From: Felis catus
Taxonomy: Eukaryota
Assembly (NCBI RefSeq): GCF_018350175.1
Contig: NC_058383.1
Coordinates: 8,930,001 to 8,994,000, forward strand
Length of the DNA: 64,000 nucleotides
Direction of reading: 5' to 3'
This document shows positions 44,621-57,830 of the stretch, piece after piece. The notes under the pieces are model-generated. The model was not told the origin of the DNA. It was given only the letters and a program-made list of their open reading frames with translations, and searched no databases. The translations under genes and the position numbers were made by a program. How positions within the stretch are numbered: position 1 is the stretch's first letter; the number at the start of each line of letters is the position of its first letter.

Positions 44621-47600
44621 GAGCCTGTTTTAGGGACTGCACACGGCTCTCCTGTCGTCCTTTCTCCTGCCCTGGCCTCGGACACCGCTCCTCTGGGACT
44701 GCGGGGAAGGAGGGCGGGTACCACACCGGGCATCCCCATCTCCTACACCCGCTCTTCCCTATCCAGGCCCACAGTGGCTGGATCCAGCTGGATCCGGCTC
44801 TGCCTTAGGGGATCCAGCTCCCAATCCCGCGAGGAGACGACCCGAAGGAGACACCGTGCTAAAGCACTAGGCTCCACAGCAGGGCTCAGGGAGACGGCGC
44901 CGGGGGCGGGGGGGGGGGGGTGGGGGTGGGAAGGGATCGGGGAGGGGGCTTTATTGGAATTTTGGGTGAGCTGTGACCTGAGCAGACCCTTGGGGGGAAG
45001 AATGAAGGGTGGTGGTTGGGGAAAAAGGAGAAAGGAGGGGTCCTTTGATGCAGGGACTCGGGGAAGATGGTGGGGGCCTTGAATGCCAAGATAAGGAGTA
45101 GTCCCTGGCTAAGAGAGAATGAGTGTTCTTGGAGGTGACCGGGCAGGTTTCCTCCACATTAGCGCACTGGGAGGCTGTCTCCATCTCTGACCTAGGTTCA
45201 AACTGGGAAAAAGACTGAAGGCCCTCCCGCCCCCAGCCCCAGCCCATGCTTCCCTGCAGGCAGAGGTCCAGCTGTGGCTCCTGTGTCCCCAACCACTGGA
45301 GGCACAGCCTGCTCAAGGTCACAGCACCCCAGCCCTCTGGCAATACTCCCTCTGGGGAGGATCTCCTTCCTGCTGAGCCAAAGCACACGCCCCTCCCTCA
45401 ATCCAAACACCTGGGGCCACAGACTCAAGGTTCCCCTGCCCAGCTGTGTCCTTGCACAGCCTGCAGAGATGTGCCTTTCGGGACACCCCCCCCCAGACCA
45501 GTGATCCTCCTGGGTCTGCAGGTGCAGCACCCACATGCCCTTCCCCACATGGGGGGCACTGGCACCCGCATGGGGCTCCCGGGGCTTTGCTGCTGCAGCT
45601 ACCCAATCCTTATTCACAAAATGACCTGGAAGTGACAGCCGTGCTCCTGCTGCCGTCTCGCAGAAGGAGGAGTGCAAGGCCAATGCTCTGGAGAGCAGCC
45701 TGTTCCTCGGCCTCCCACGTCTCCATCCATTTGGCCAGGGGCCCTTTGCGCTCTTGCCGCCAGGCCCTGGTGGTTTGGGGTCTGTCCCACCCACCCTGCC
45801 TGGAGTAGAGGAGATCCGGGGTGAGGCTCAAGCTGGGCAGAGGCCCAGGGGCTGGTGAGAGCTCTGTTTGGCTGCCTTCTGCCTCTCAGTCATCTGGAGT
45901 CCCAGAACATTCCTCCCTCCAGCAAGATGCTGAGCCCCAGACAGCACCCCAAGCCTGGGGCTCCGTCCTTGTTCCCTGAGGGGACTGCCCCCCCCTTGGA
46001 AGTGTTCAGAGTGGCCTCAGGGCGGGGTTAAGACGTGAGCCCAAAGTGTGTGGGCCTTCAGGCCCTCCCCACCCTCCCCTCCTGGCACAGGGGGCCACCC
46101 TGGAGTGCCCCCAAGCAGGAATCTGGATGTGGAAGTAGGGCAAAAGGAATGAAGCCCGTCACCTTTGCTGAACTGGGGGCACATGAGGAAGTGCAGAAGG
46201 GTCTGCGCCCACCTCCCGCTGGCAAGTCAGGCGCTGCTCCTGAGGTGTTCCCAGGGTAAAATGAATTTGGGGAAGAATAGCAGAGAATGGGGACCACCCT
46301 GGGTTCTCCAAGAGACACGAAGGGCCAGCAGCAGGAGGTCGAGTAGAAAGGGGACTCTCCGCAGCGTGGCCCCAGGGCGATACCCTCAGGCCTGCTACTC
46401 AAAATGGTGCTTCCAGAAAGCCCAGACTCTGGGGCCCTGAGGAAACCACCGCCATTGTCCAGTGGCAGCAACATTTCTTGTGGCGGGGTGGGGGACATTT
46501 CAGGTGCCCACTCTGTGCCAGATGGGGCCCACAGGGTAGCAGGGCGGGCAGCCAGGCAGGCCCATCGTAGTGTGACGAGCAGTGACAGGGGGCTGTCCCA
46601 TGCACCGCAACCACATGGCAGATGTGCCCAGGCTGCCTGTTGGGGCACCGGTGGGGCCGGGGACCCCAGGTGTGAGGGGCAGGGAGGGGGGCAGAACAGC
46701 CAGGTGAGAGGGTCTTGAAGGCCAGGCCAGAACTGAAGGCACTGGGGAACCAGAGCCAGCTTGAAATGGGAGCAGAGATGGTCAGTTCTGCATTTTAGAC
46801 AGATCATCCTGGGGCCGGAAGGTCAGGGGCAGGGGGAGGAGGGATTGGAAGGGGCAGAAACGAGGGCAGGGGGCCCAGGAGGGCGTGGAGGTCTGGGGAG
46901 GGGCGGTGAGCTGTGTCAGGGCAAAGGGGAGGAGGAGGAGAGCCAGGGAAGATCATCCATAGACTGATGGGAGGGGGAGGGGCGGGGGCGGAGACGGGGT
47001 GGGGGGAGGTGGGGGGCAGGGGATCTCAGCCTTGAGGCTTGGAGGCCAGTTGGACCCACCTGGAGGGTTCCACCTGAGAGGGGCTGTGGAGAACTCGGAA
47101 TCCACTCCCCACACCTTGGAGAGAAGGAAGAAATCTCGCCCGAGGCGAGAGCGTTACACAGTCAGGCTAAATCTGGGCCCATGCGCAATACCCAAGCGAC
47201 CTCGTTCGTCTCAGAGGGCTCCAGGCTAAACCAAGGCTTCAGGGTCTCTCCGGAGGGCACCCAGACCTGACTATGTGAGGTGGGTTTTCCCTTACTCAGC
47301 CACCCACCTGCCAGACCAAGAAGCGGGGAGATGCTTTCCGTCCTGCCTCCGGTCATGAAGCTGAACTTGCTCCAAGGCCATTGCCGTGGGAATGGAGGTA
47401 TGTGTGTTGGGGTAGGCCAGAGGGTCCACACCTGTGCCTCCTCCATCAAAATGCAAAGCCAGTATTTTATGGTCCTGGTGGTGAAAATACTTGCAGAAAG
47501 AGAACTGATGTACCAACAAGGGCTCAAATAAACAGTATCCTCTGCTGGGGGGAGGGGGGCTCCTAACAGCCAAGTTTGAGCCCTTTGGGCATAGAAGATG

Positions 47601-47727
47601 CAAAATTTCCTGGGACTTAGGGGGGTTCTTATACGTATCAACAGACAGCAAAGCAGTGCTCTAATGCAGATTTTGACTAATGAACCTTAGTCGGTGTCCC
47701 CAAATCCTTTAAAAACAGAAAAAATAC

Positions 47728-47950
47728 TGGGGCGCCTGGGTGGCTCAGTCGGTTGAGCGTCCGGCTTCGGCTCAGGTCATGATCTCGCAGTCTGGGAGTT
47801 CGAGCCCCGCGTCGGGCTCTGTGCTGATGGCTCAGAGCCTGGAGCCTGCTTCGGATTCTGTGTCCCCCTCTCTCTCTGCCCCTCCCCCACTCATGCTCTG
47901 TCTCTCTCTGTCTCAGAAATAAACATTAAAAAAAAATTAAAAATAAAAAT
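47728..47950 (+). mobile_element. SINEC_Fc
   Basis: Full head and tail. Flanking TAAAAACAGAAAAAA on both sides. Confidence 0.95.
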
Positions 47951-48009
47951 AAAAACAGAAAAAAGATTCATCTGGCCCAAATTGCCATCCTGTGGGTAGA
48001 AAAAGCCAG

Positions 48010-49290
48010 AGTCCTCAATCTCGGGTGTGCCTCAGACCTTGTGGTAGTCTGATGAAGAATAATGCTCAGAATAATGTTCTAAAACTCACGAAGCAGGGCA
48101 CCTGGCTGGCTCAGTCGGTGGAATGTGCAACGACTCTTGATCTCAGGGTTGTGAGTTTGAGCCCCGCGTTGGGTGTAGAGATTACTTAAAAATAAAATCT
48201 GGCCGGGGCGCCTGGGTGGCTCAGTCGGTTAAGCGTCCGACTTCAGCTCAGGTCACGATCTTGCGGTCCGTGGGTTCCAGCCCCGAGTCGGGCTCTGGGC
48301 TGATGGCTCGGAGCCTGGAGCCTGCTTCGGATTCTGTGTCTCCCTCTCTCTCTGCCCCTCCCCCGTTCATGCTCTGTCTCTCTCTGTCTCAAAAATAAAA
48401 ATAAAAGGTTAAAAAAAAATTTTTTTTAATAAAATCTGGGGAAAAAAAAACACCTCATAAAGTAAAATGCATAGACTTGCAAAGGAAACAAATTTTACTG
48501 GAATTCAGCCAAAATATTAACTACAATTAAAAACTAATTTGGGGCACCTGGGTGGCTCCGTTGGTTAAGAATCTGACTCTTGATTTCGGCTCAAGTCAGG
48601 AGCTCACGGCTCAAGTCAGGAGCTCACGGCTCATGAGTTTGAGCCCCTCGTTGGGCTGTGCACTGGCAGTGCGGAGCCTCCTCGGGATTCTCTCTCCCTC
48701 TCTCTCTCTGCCTCTCCCATGCTCACACACACTCTCTCTCAAAATAAATACATAAACATTAAAAAAGATAAAAAATAATTCAAATAAGAATTTTAACCTG
48801 TGATACGGCAAGCTACACGCTTCTTTGTTAACACTTTTCTTTCTTTCTTTCTTTCTTTTTTAAAGTAGGCTCCATGCACAGCACGGAGGCCAATGAGGGG
48901 CTTGAACTCATGAACCTGAGATCAGGACCTGAACTGAGATCAAGCGTCACTTAACTGACTGAGCCACCCAGGTGCCCCTATTAACGCTTTAAATAGCAAG
49001 CTCTAGCAGTGGCTCTAATAAGTACCATAATTTTCAAAGAATGACTAGTGTAATTGATGCTTCGAAGTTTCTGCAACAACCGAGATCTGATATGAAAATA
49101 TCCCTGATTTCTAGCCGTGGCAAAGCGACAGGTGCTGCTAATACTGCTGTGGTTTCTTCTTCAATTAAAGAATTGTAACTCTTAGCTAGCTGTTAGTTAA
49201 AGATGTAATTTTATACCCATTCAAGTTCATGGACTTACTGAATGATTTATGCATGAACCATCTCAGAACCTCAGGTTAACAACCCTGCTC
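48010..49290 (-). mobile_element. hAT-Charlie DNA transposon (Charlie4-like) interrupted by four SINECs
   Basis: Segments such as gatatgaaaatatcc...gtgctgctaatactgctgtggttt...aaagatgtaatttt...caagttcatggac...caggttaacaaccctg resemble the antisense Charlie4 consensus as recalled. SINEs at about 48095, 48205, 48541 (+) and 48835-48978 (-). Confidence 0.65.
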
Positions 49291-49714
49291 TAAAGAGTAA
49301 AAACAGGGGTGCCTGGCTGGCTCAGTTGGTAGAGCATGTGGCTCCTGATCTCGAGGTCATGAGTTCAAGCCCCACGTTGAGTGTAGAGCTTACTTTAAAA
49401 AAAAAAAAAAAAAAAAAGAGTTAAGGCAATTTACATGTATTTGAAATAGAATGTTCAGAGGTGGCAGAGAAACGATGGCATCGTGATAAGAAATCAGATG
49501 CACACTATGTGAAAAGCCCTCAGCATGTCCTCTCACCGACCTTATTCTCCTGGTTTCAGACTGGCTGGCGAGGGCTAATTAAAAGAAAGCAGTTAAAGGA
49601 TTTTATGCCCATGTATATTTCTGCGACCTAACTTTCAACCTGAAGCTTTGTAAATTGGAAGATTATTTTGTAACTTCATTGATATTAAAATTTGGTGCTC
49701 AGGAGCTTTAAAAG

Positions 49715-49954
49715 ATACCAGCAAATTCATAGAGACACAAAGTAGAGGAAGGGTTACCAAGGACTTGGGGGAGAAGAGAAGTTGTTGCTTAATGTGTATA
49801 AAATTTCCATGTGGGGTGACAGAAAAGTTTTGGACATAGATATGGTAATAGTTGCACAACATTGTGAATATCATTAATGCCACTGAATTGTACACTTAAA
49901 AATGGCTAAAATGAAAAAAAAATTGGCTGAAATGGTAAATTTGGTGCAATTTAT

Positions 49955-49998
<44 letters not shown>

Positions 49999-50584
49999 AA
50001 ATAAATTACCGTTTATGCACAACAGATTGGCAAAAACTACATTCAGTACCCTCCATGACCAAAATTGATCAGTGAGAATTTTTAGTTGAGTAGGAGAGTT
50101 ATAAATTGGGATAGCCACTTTGAAAAGCTCACAGAGTGTGAGCAGGGGAGGGGCAGAGAGAGAGGGAGACAGAGAATCCAAAGCAGGCTCCATGCTGTCA
50201 GCACAAAGCCCAACGTGAGGCTGAAACCCACAAACCTGAGCTGAAGTTGGATGCTCAACCAAGTCACCCAGGCACCCCATTAACTGGTTGTTTTAAGAAA
50301 AAGAAAGTGAAACACAACACATAGAATGGGAGAAATTATTTCCAAATTGTCTATCTGATAATAGTCTAGCATCCAGGATATATAAAGAACTCTTACGACT
50401 CAACAACAAAAAGATAAATAACTCAAATGAAAAAATGGGTACCGAAATAGACGTTTCTGGGGCTCCTGGGTGGCTCAGTCAGTTAAGCATCCGACACTTG
50501 ATTTCAGCTCAGGTCATGATCTCACAGTTTGTGAGTTTGAGCCCTGCGTCCAGCTCTGCACTGGCAGTATGGAGCCAGCTTGGG

Positions 50585-50626
<42 letters not shown>

Positions 50627-51860
50627 CCTCCCCCCTCCTCAAAAATAAGTAAACATTAATTTTAAAAGAATAAATAGACATTTCTGGGATGCCTAGGTGG
50701 TTCAGTCAGTTAAGTATGCCAACTCTTGATTTCAGCTCAGGTCATGATCTCACTGTCTTGAGATCGAGCCCCGCGTTGGGCTCAACACTGGGCAAGGATC
50801 CTGCTTAAGATTCTCTCTCTCCCTCTCCCTCTGCCCCTCCCCCACTTGTGCAGGCACACACGCATTCACACACAGACTCTTTCTCTCTCTCTCTCTCTCT
50901 CTCTCAAAAAAAAAAAAAAAAAAAAGACATTTCTCCCAAGAACATATACAAGTGGCAAATCAGCTCATGAAAAAATGCTCAACATCATTAGTCGTTAGGG
51001 AAATGCAAATCAAAACCACAATGAGATACCATTTTACACCCACCAGGATGGCAGTAATCAAAAAATTGGAAAACACCATGTGTTGGCAAGAATGTGTAGA
51101 AAAATGGGAACTTTTTTATGTTGCTTGTGGGAATGCAAAATGGTAGAGCCACTTTGGGAAACAGCTTAGTAATTCAGAGTTACCAAATAACACAGCAGTT
51201 CTGCTCCTAGGTATATACCCAAGAGAATTCAAAGCGTATGTTCACACAAAAATGCAAACATGAATGTTCAAAGCAGCGTTATTCATAGTAACCAAAAAGT
51301 GATGACAACCAAAATTTCCATCGGTGGATGAATGGATAAATAAAATACATTATAACCATGCGATGGAATACTCTTCAGCCATAAAAAGGAGGAAGTATTG
51401 ATACATGCTGCAACATAGGTGAACCCTGAAACATTATGCTAGCTGAAAAGAAGTCAGACGCAAAATGCTGCACATTATAATTATTCCATGTAGTCTGAAA
51501 TGTCCAGAATAAGCAAATCCACAGAGACAGAGAGTAGATTAGTGGCTGCCAGGGGCTGGCAGGGGGAAGAGGGCAATAGGAAGTGATCGCTCTGAGTACA
51601 GGATTTCTTCTGTGGGCCATGAAAATGTTCTGGAGTCAGATCATGGTGATGGTTGCACAGCTCAGAGAATATACTGATAACCACTGAACTGGTTACAGTT
51701 CAAAAGGGTGAATTTTAGAGGCACCTGGGTGGCTCAATAGGTTGAGTGTCTGACTTTGGCTCAGGTCATGATCTCACAGTTCGTGGGTTCAAGCCCCGCC
51801 ACCTCTGTCTCTGTGCTGACAGCTCAGAGCCTGGATCCTGCTTTGGATTCTGTGTCTGTC

Positions 51861-51896
<36 letters not shown>

Positions 51897-52075
51897 TCTC
51901 TCTTCCCCCCCCCCCCCCGCCCCCAGAGTCCCCACCTGACTCTGTCTATCTCTCTTTCAAAAATAAATAAACATTAAAAGTTTTTTAAATAAATAAACAT
52001 TAAAAACAATTTTTAAGGTGAATTATAATGTAGATGTAAATACGTGAATTACATGTCAATAAAGCTACTGAGATA
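49715..52075 (+). mobile_element. Fragmented old L1 (ORF2 3' end and 3' UTR) with several inserted SINECs and (CA)n at 49958-49997
   Basis: aaaaatgctcaacatcattagtcgttagggaaatgcaaatcaaaaccacaatgagataccat... The ORF at 50952-51146 translates to a degraded L1 ORF2 C-terminus (MQIKTTMRYHFTP). Confidence 0.88.
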
Positions 52076-52829
52076 AATAATTTACAAATGAAGTTATTAA
52101 AGAAGACTTCATACAAATCTCAAAAATAATTCTATGCTTGAAAAAGGAAAAATTTACACAAAATTCTTTGTGTAAAATTTCAAGATAATTTTTTTAAACC
52201 TCCATATATACATATTATATTTAAACTTTTGATTTTCATTTTTGTGTTTTAAAAAATAAATGTATGATGGTGCCCCACTAAGTCAAAATTCTTTTTTTTT
52301 TTTTTTTTTTTTTAATGTTTCACTGTCAGCGCAAACTCCAACGTGGGGCTCGAATCCACGAACCACAAGATCAGGACCTGAGCAGGACCTGAGCCGAAAT
52401 CAAGAATCAGATATTCAACTGACTGAGCCACCCAGGCGCCCCAAAGCAAAATATTTAAATATCTGGAGTAAACACATAAAATGCTTTAACTTTTACCATT
52501 TCTAGGAAAATCCATGGATCCCAATATTCAAAATTAATAAGGCTTTGTAAGGTCCCGATACAGTATAACCGTACCTTGGGTTGGTTTGTCAGTTGCTAAT
52601 CTTCGTGTTTCTGAAATGACTTATTTATGGAAAAAGACAGCCTCACTGAGGGGAGGTTAAACTGAAATACAAGAGAACAAGATCCCCAAAACAATGATCA
52701 GCAGCACGTTCTCCACCAAGGCTGAGGTCAAATGGGAAATGGGAAGTTTCTTTTTAAGTTACTTTAAAATCCTGCCCGGAGGTCATGCATGGATTTAGAT
52801 TTTTGCACCGAATTCAAGGTAGCTTACGA

Positions 52830-53490
52830 TGTCTGTTCTAGTGACTGTGGCTGCATAATAACTCACCTCAAAGCTTCATGGCATAAAACAACAACAATCA
52901 TTTTATTATCTCTCACGGTGGCTGCGCATCAGAAATTCACGAAGGGCTTGGCTGGGTGGTTCTGGCTCAGGTATCTTACGCAGTTGCAAATAAATGGTGG
53001 TTGGAGCCTAGCAGCTAGGGCTGGCCAGCCTTCTCATACTCTTCCAGTAGCCTTGGGGCCTCTCCATTTGGGCTAGTTGGGGCTCCCTTACAACATGGCG
53101 GCCTCGGGGCTGTTGCATTGCTTATGAGGTGGCAGAAGGCCACTCCAGGGGGAGTAATCTAGAAAGAAAGGAACTGAATTGCATTTTTATGACCTAAGCT
53201 TGAAAAACATCTGGTGTGGCTACTGCAAGGTTGGTTACAAGCCTGCCCAGAATTCAAGGGGAAGGGACTCAGCATCTCTTAGTAGTAAAAGTGGTAAGGT
53301 CCTCAAAGAGCATATGAGAGAGAAGATTTTTTTTTTTAAGATTTTATTTTTAAGTAATCTCTACACCCAACGTGGGGCTCGAACCCATGACCCTGGGATC
53401 AAGAGTTGCACGCTCCACCTCCTGAGCCAACCAGGTGCCCCAAGATGAAAGATATTGTCGTACCCATCATTGGAAGATAGAATGTGTTCA
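52830..53490 (-). mobile_element. MaLR (MLT1-type) LTR with an inserted SINE
   Basis: gctgcataataactcacctcaaagctt...tggcataaaacaacaacaatcattttattatctctcac...gggcttggctgggtggttctggctcagg...caacatggcggcc. Confidence 0.7.
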
Positions 53491-53739
53491 GTGCCCGTGG
53501 CTGTAGCTCTCTTTTTCTCTGCTGTGGCTCATTAAACTCTGAAGTATACCACCAACCAAAATGACACTACGGAGTTTATAAATAAAATATAAGGGTGGAT
53601 GGGCAGCTCAAACGTATATTAAGCAAGGGTGCTGGTAGAATCTGTTTATACACTGGCTCTTGAGGAACTCGGATAACAGTATAAACATTCCGTGGACTTA
53701 CGGAAGGTGTTTCACGTAAGTTTTCTCGGCACGGTTTTT

Positions 53740-56700
53740 TATTTTGGTAAGATGTGTATACTTCACAATGTACCACTTTAACCCGCTTTAAGGATATAAT
53801 TCAGTGGCATTAAGCATATTCATGTTGTGTAGCTGCTGTCATCAGCCCTTGCAGAAGAGTTCCATCACCCCAGACTCAAACTCCACGCCTAGTAAACAGC
53901 AGCTCCCCATTTTCCCCCTCGACCCCAGTCTCGGGATCGTTTGTTTTGTTTTATTTTGTTGTCAGTAGGCTCCACACCCAGTACAGAGCCCAGCATGGGG
54001 TTTGAACTCACCATCCCAAGATCAAGACCTGAGCTGAGATCGAAACTCAGACAGTTAACCAACTGAGCCACCCAGGTACCCCTTGAGATAGTTTTTTGGG
54101 TTTAAAAAAAAATTTTTTTTAACGTTTATTTATTTTTGAGACAGAGAGAGACAGAGCATGAACAGGGGGGAGGGTCAGAGAGAGAGGGAGACACAGAATC
54201 CGAAGCAGGCTCCAGGCTCCGAGCTGTCAGCACAGAGCCCGACGTAAGGCTCGAACTCACGGACCCCGAGATCATGACCTGAGCCGAAGTCAGATGTTTA
54301 ACCGAATGAGCCACCCAGGCACCCCGAGATACTTTTTTAAATGTAGTATTTGACATACTTCTCTGGTACTTCTTATTAATTTTACTTAACATTAGTGCAA
54401 TTGAATTTTCTGACTTTAGCTTTTATAAATTTGTATCTGCATTTTATCTGCATATAAACACTAAAAGTGCCTATGATAAAGAAATAAATAAACAAGGGGC
54501 TCCTGGGTGGCTCAGTCAGTTGAGCATCCAACTTCAGCTCAGTCATGATCTCATGGGGTTCATGGATTCGGGCCCCATGTCGGGCTCTGTGAGGCCCAAC
54601 AGCTCAGAGCTGACAGCTCAGAGCCTGGAGCCTGCTTCAGACCCTCTCTCTCCCTCTCTCTCTGCGACTTCCCAGCTTGTGCGCGTGCTCTCTCTCTCTC
54701 TCTCAAAAATAAATAAACACGGGGTGCTCAGGTGGCTCAGTTGGTTAAGTGACTGACTCTTGGTTTCAGTCCAGGTCATGATCTCACAGTTCGTGGGTTC
54801 GAACCCCACATCAGGCTCCATACTGACAACACAGAGCCTGCTTGGGATTCTCTGTCTGCCTCTCTCTCTGCCCCTCCCCGGCTCGAGCTCCGTCTCTCAA
54901 ATAAATAAAGATGAAAAATAAATAAATAAACATTAAAATAAAATGAATGGTAATTAATGAAAGGACAAAGCTAAGGTTCTAGACATCTGCCTGAGTCAAC
55001 ACGGGGTAGCATGGACCAAATTCACTCTCCATCCTCACTGCCACGCAGAACATTGGGCAGCGGGAGGGAACAGCGATGTCTGGCAGACGGGAAGCAAATG
55101 AGCTGAGCCCCACGAGGGTCCCAGATTACCGCCTGGAAAAGGTTTCCAGGCTGCGGTGCAGGGACGGGGGAGCCAGGAAGAGCCCAGCAGCCTCTGAAAG
55201 CTGAGGAAGCAGAGGCAGAAATCTACAAAGTAAGATGGCTACAGTCCGCAGGGCAAGTAGCGGGAAGAGCAAGCTGCATGGTGACAGAATTATGGAGACC
55301 GGCCGAGGGCCCTCCCTGAGCGTTCAGTTGAGAATGCTGAATGCACCTGCACTATGTGATGTGAAGAAACTACCAGAGGCCAGGAAGAGAGCCGCCTGGA
55401 AGGATCAGTGGGAACAGGGCGCCGTACCCACCGCGGGGCCAACAATAGTGCATGAGTCCAACAGCCAGAGTGGGAAACCTCCAAGTCCAGAGAACATCAG
55501 AGTGCAAGGCAGGGTGTGGCCTCAGCAGTGGAGAGAATCAACCCCGGACCAAACAGCACTTCAAGTTTAAAAGGAATAAACTGGGACGGGGTGGGGGCCT
55601 GGGTGGCTCAGTCGGTTAAGACTCCGACTTCGGCTCAGGTCACGATCTCGTGGTTCGTTGGTTCGAGCCCTGCGTCGGGCTCTGTGCTGACAGCTCGGAG
55701 CCTGGAGCCTGCTTCGGATTCTGTGTCTCCCTCTCTCTGTGCCCCTCCCCTGCTCACACTCTGTCTCTCTCTGTCTCTCAAAAATAAATAAATGTAAAAA
55801 AATAAAAAGGAACAAAGTGGGGGTGCCTGGGTGGCTCAGTCAGTTAAGTGTCCAACTTTGGCTCAGGTCATGATCTTGCAGTTCGTGGGTTTAAGCCTCA
55901 TGTTGGGCTCTGTGCTGACAGCTCAGAGCCTGGAGCCTACTTAGGGTTCTGTGTCTCCCTCTCTCTCTCTCTCTGCCCCTCCTCCGCTCACGCTCTGTGT
56001 CTCTCTCAAAAATAAATAAACATTAAAAAAGAAAAAAGAACAAATTGTCTCCAAGTAACAGAACAGTGTCCCAGAACAAAACTCAAGGATATTTAGAAGA
56101 ATATAAAAATACCCATGGGGTGCCTGGGTGGATCAGTCGGTTAAGGGTCCAACTTCAGCTCAGGTCATGATCTCGCGGTTTGTGGGTTCAAGCCCCACAT
56201 CGGGCTCTGTGCTGACAGCTCAGAGCCTGGAGCCTGCTTAAGATTCTGTGTCTCCCTCTCTCTCTCTGTCCCTCCCCTGCTCATGCTGTCTCTCTCTAAA
56301 AATAAATAAACTTTAAAAAAAAGAAAAACTTAAAAAAAAAAAAATTACCCAGCATCCAACAAGGTACAGCTCACAAGGTCTGACATCCAGTTAAAACTTA
56401 GCAGGCGTGTGAAGAGAAAAGAAAGTTTAACCCATAACGAGGAAGACAATCAACAAAAAGTGACCCAGAAATGACATTGATGGTAGATTAGGAGACAAGG
56501 AGATCCGGAATGGTTCTTATGAGATTCCACATGGTCTAGAAGCTATACAAAGTAGTGAACTCGATAAGTAGAAACGTGAAACATACAGCAAGCAGAGTGC
56601 CCAAATCAAGCTTCTAGAGATGAAAATTACAAGGACTAAGAAGAAAAATACCCAAGACCTGATTAACAGCAGACTGGGCCTTGCAAAAGAACAGGTTAGC

Positions 56701-57830
56701 GAGCTTGGAGGGGGAGTAACAGAAACTAACCAGAGGGAAACTGAATAAAAATTAACGGCCCAGGCGCGAGAAGACAAATATTGTATGATCACACTCATTT
56801 GAAATATCTAGAATCTGCAGGTTACACAGAGACAGGAAGTAGATCAGAGTTTACCAGAGGCTGAGTGGAGGAGGGCATGGGATTATTGCTTAAGGCTGCA
56901 GAGTTTCTGTTGGGGCTGACAAAAAAATCTGGGAACAGTGTGGTGACAGTTGTGCAACACCACGAACGTAATTCATGCCGTTGAATTACAGTCAAAAAGG
57001 TTAAAGTGGCAAACTATATATATATTTATATAAATTATATATTTTATATATGGTAGATATTATTTATATATACAACAGATATTATTTATATATAAATGTA
57101 TACCTATGTGTTTTGATATATATATATATAAGTAATATATATTTATCCACAATAAAAGAATTAATAAAATGGGATGCCTGGCTGGCTCAGTTGGTAAAGC
57201 ATGTGACTCTTGTTATCAGGGTCATGGGTTCAAGCCTTACAGTGGACATGAAGCCTACTTAAAAACTAAAAATTAAGAATAGCTAATAAATAAAATTAAA
57301 TAAGATAAGCTGTTTTAAAAATGAACAGAGCATCAGAGAACTGTAGAAAAACTTCAGGCTGCTAAACATCCATGAATTTGGAGTCCCCAAAGAAGGGGAG
57401 AGGAGAGAGAGAAGGGGACCAAAATATTGAAGAAATAATGGCTGAAATTTTTTCCAAATTCATAACACACTAAACCTACACATTCAAGAAACTCCGTAAA
57501 TCCTAAGTGCAAGAAACATGAAGAAAATTCTATCAAGACATATCACAATCAGGGGTGCCTGGCTGCCTCAGTCCATTAAGCGTCCGACTTCAGCCCAGGT
57601 CATGATCTCGTGGTCCATGTGTTCGAGCCCCGCATCAGGCTCTGGGCTGACAGCTCAGAGCCTGGAGCCTGCTTCTGATTCTGTGGCTCCCTCTCTCTCT
57701 GTCCCTCCCCACTCATGTTCTATCCTCTCTGTCTCAAAAATAAATAAACATTAAAAAAATAAAAATAAAAAGACATATTACAATCAAATTGGATTGATCA
57801 GTAATAAAGTGAAAATCCTAAAAGCGGCCA
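53740..57830. mobile_element. Dense cluster of SINECs nested in L1 5'/ORF1 remnants
   Basis: SINE heads at about 54082 (-), 54325 (-), 54496, 54721, 55590, 55819, 56117, 57171 and 57552. L1 ORF1-like atattgaagaaataatggctgaaattttttccaaatt. Confidence 0.85.

Larger units (their letters stand above)
43700..44800. promoter_or_regulatory. 3' intragenic CpG island over the last SH2B2 exon
   Basis: Dense CpG and very high GC, extending into the last intron. Confidence 0.75.

Noticed and set aside
44011..44739. 242-aa antisense ORF over the last SH2B2 exon
   Set aside because: GC-rich shadow of the real CDS.
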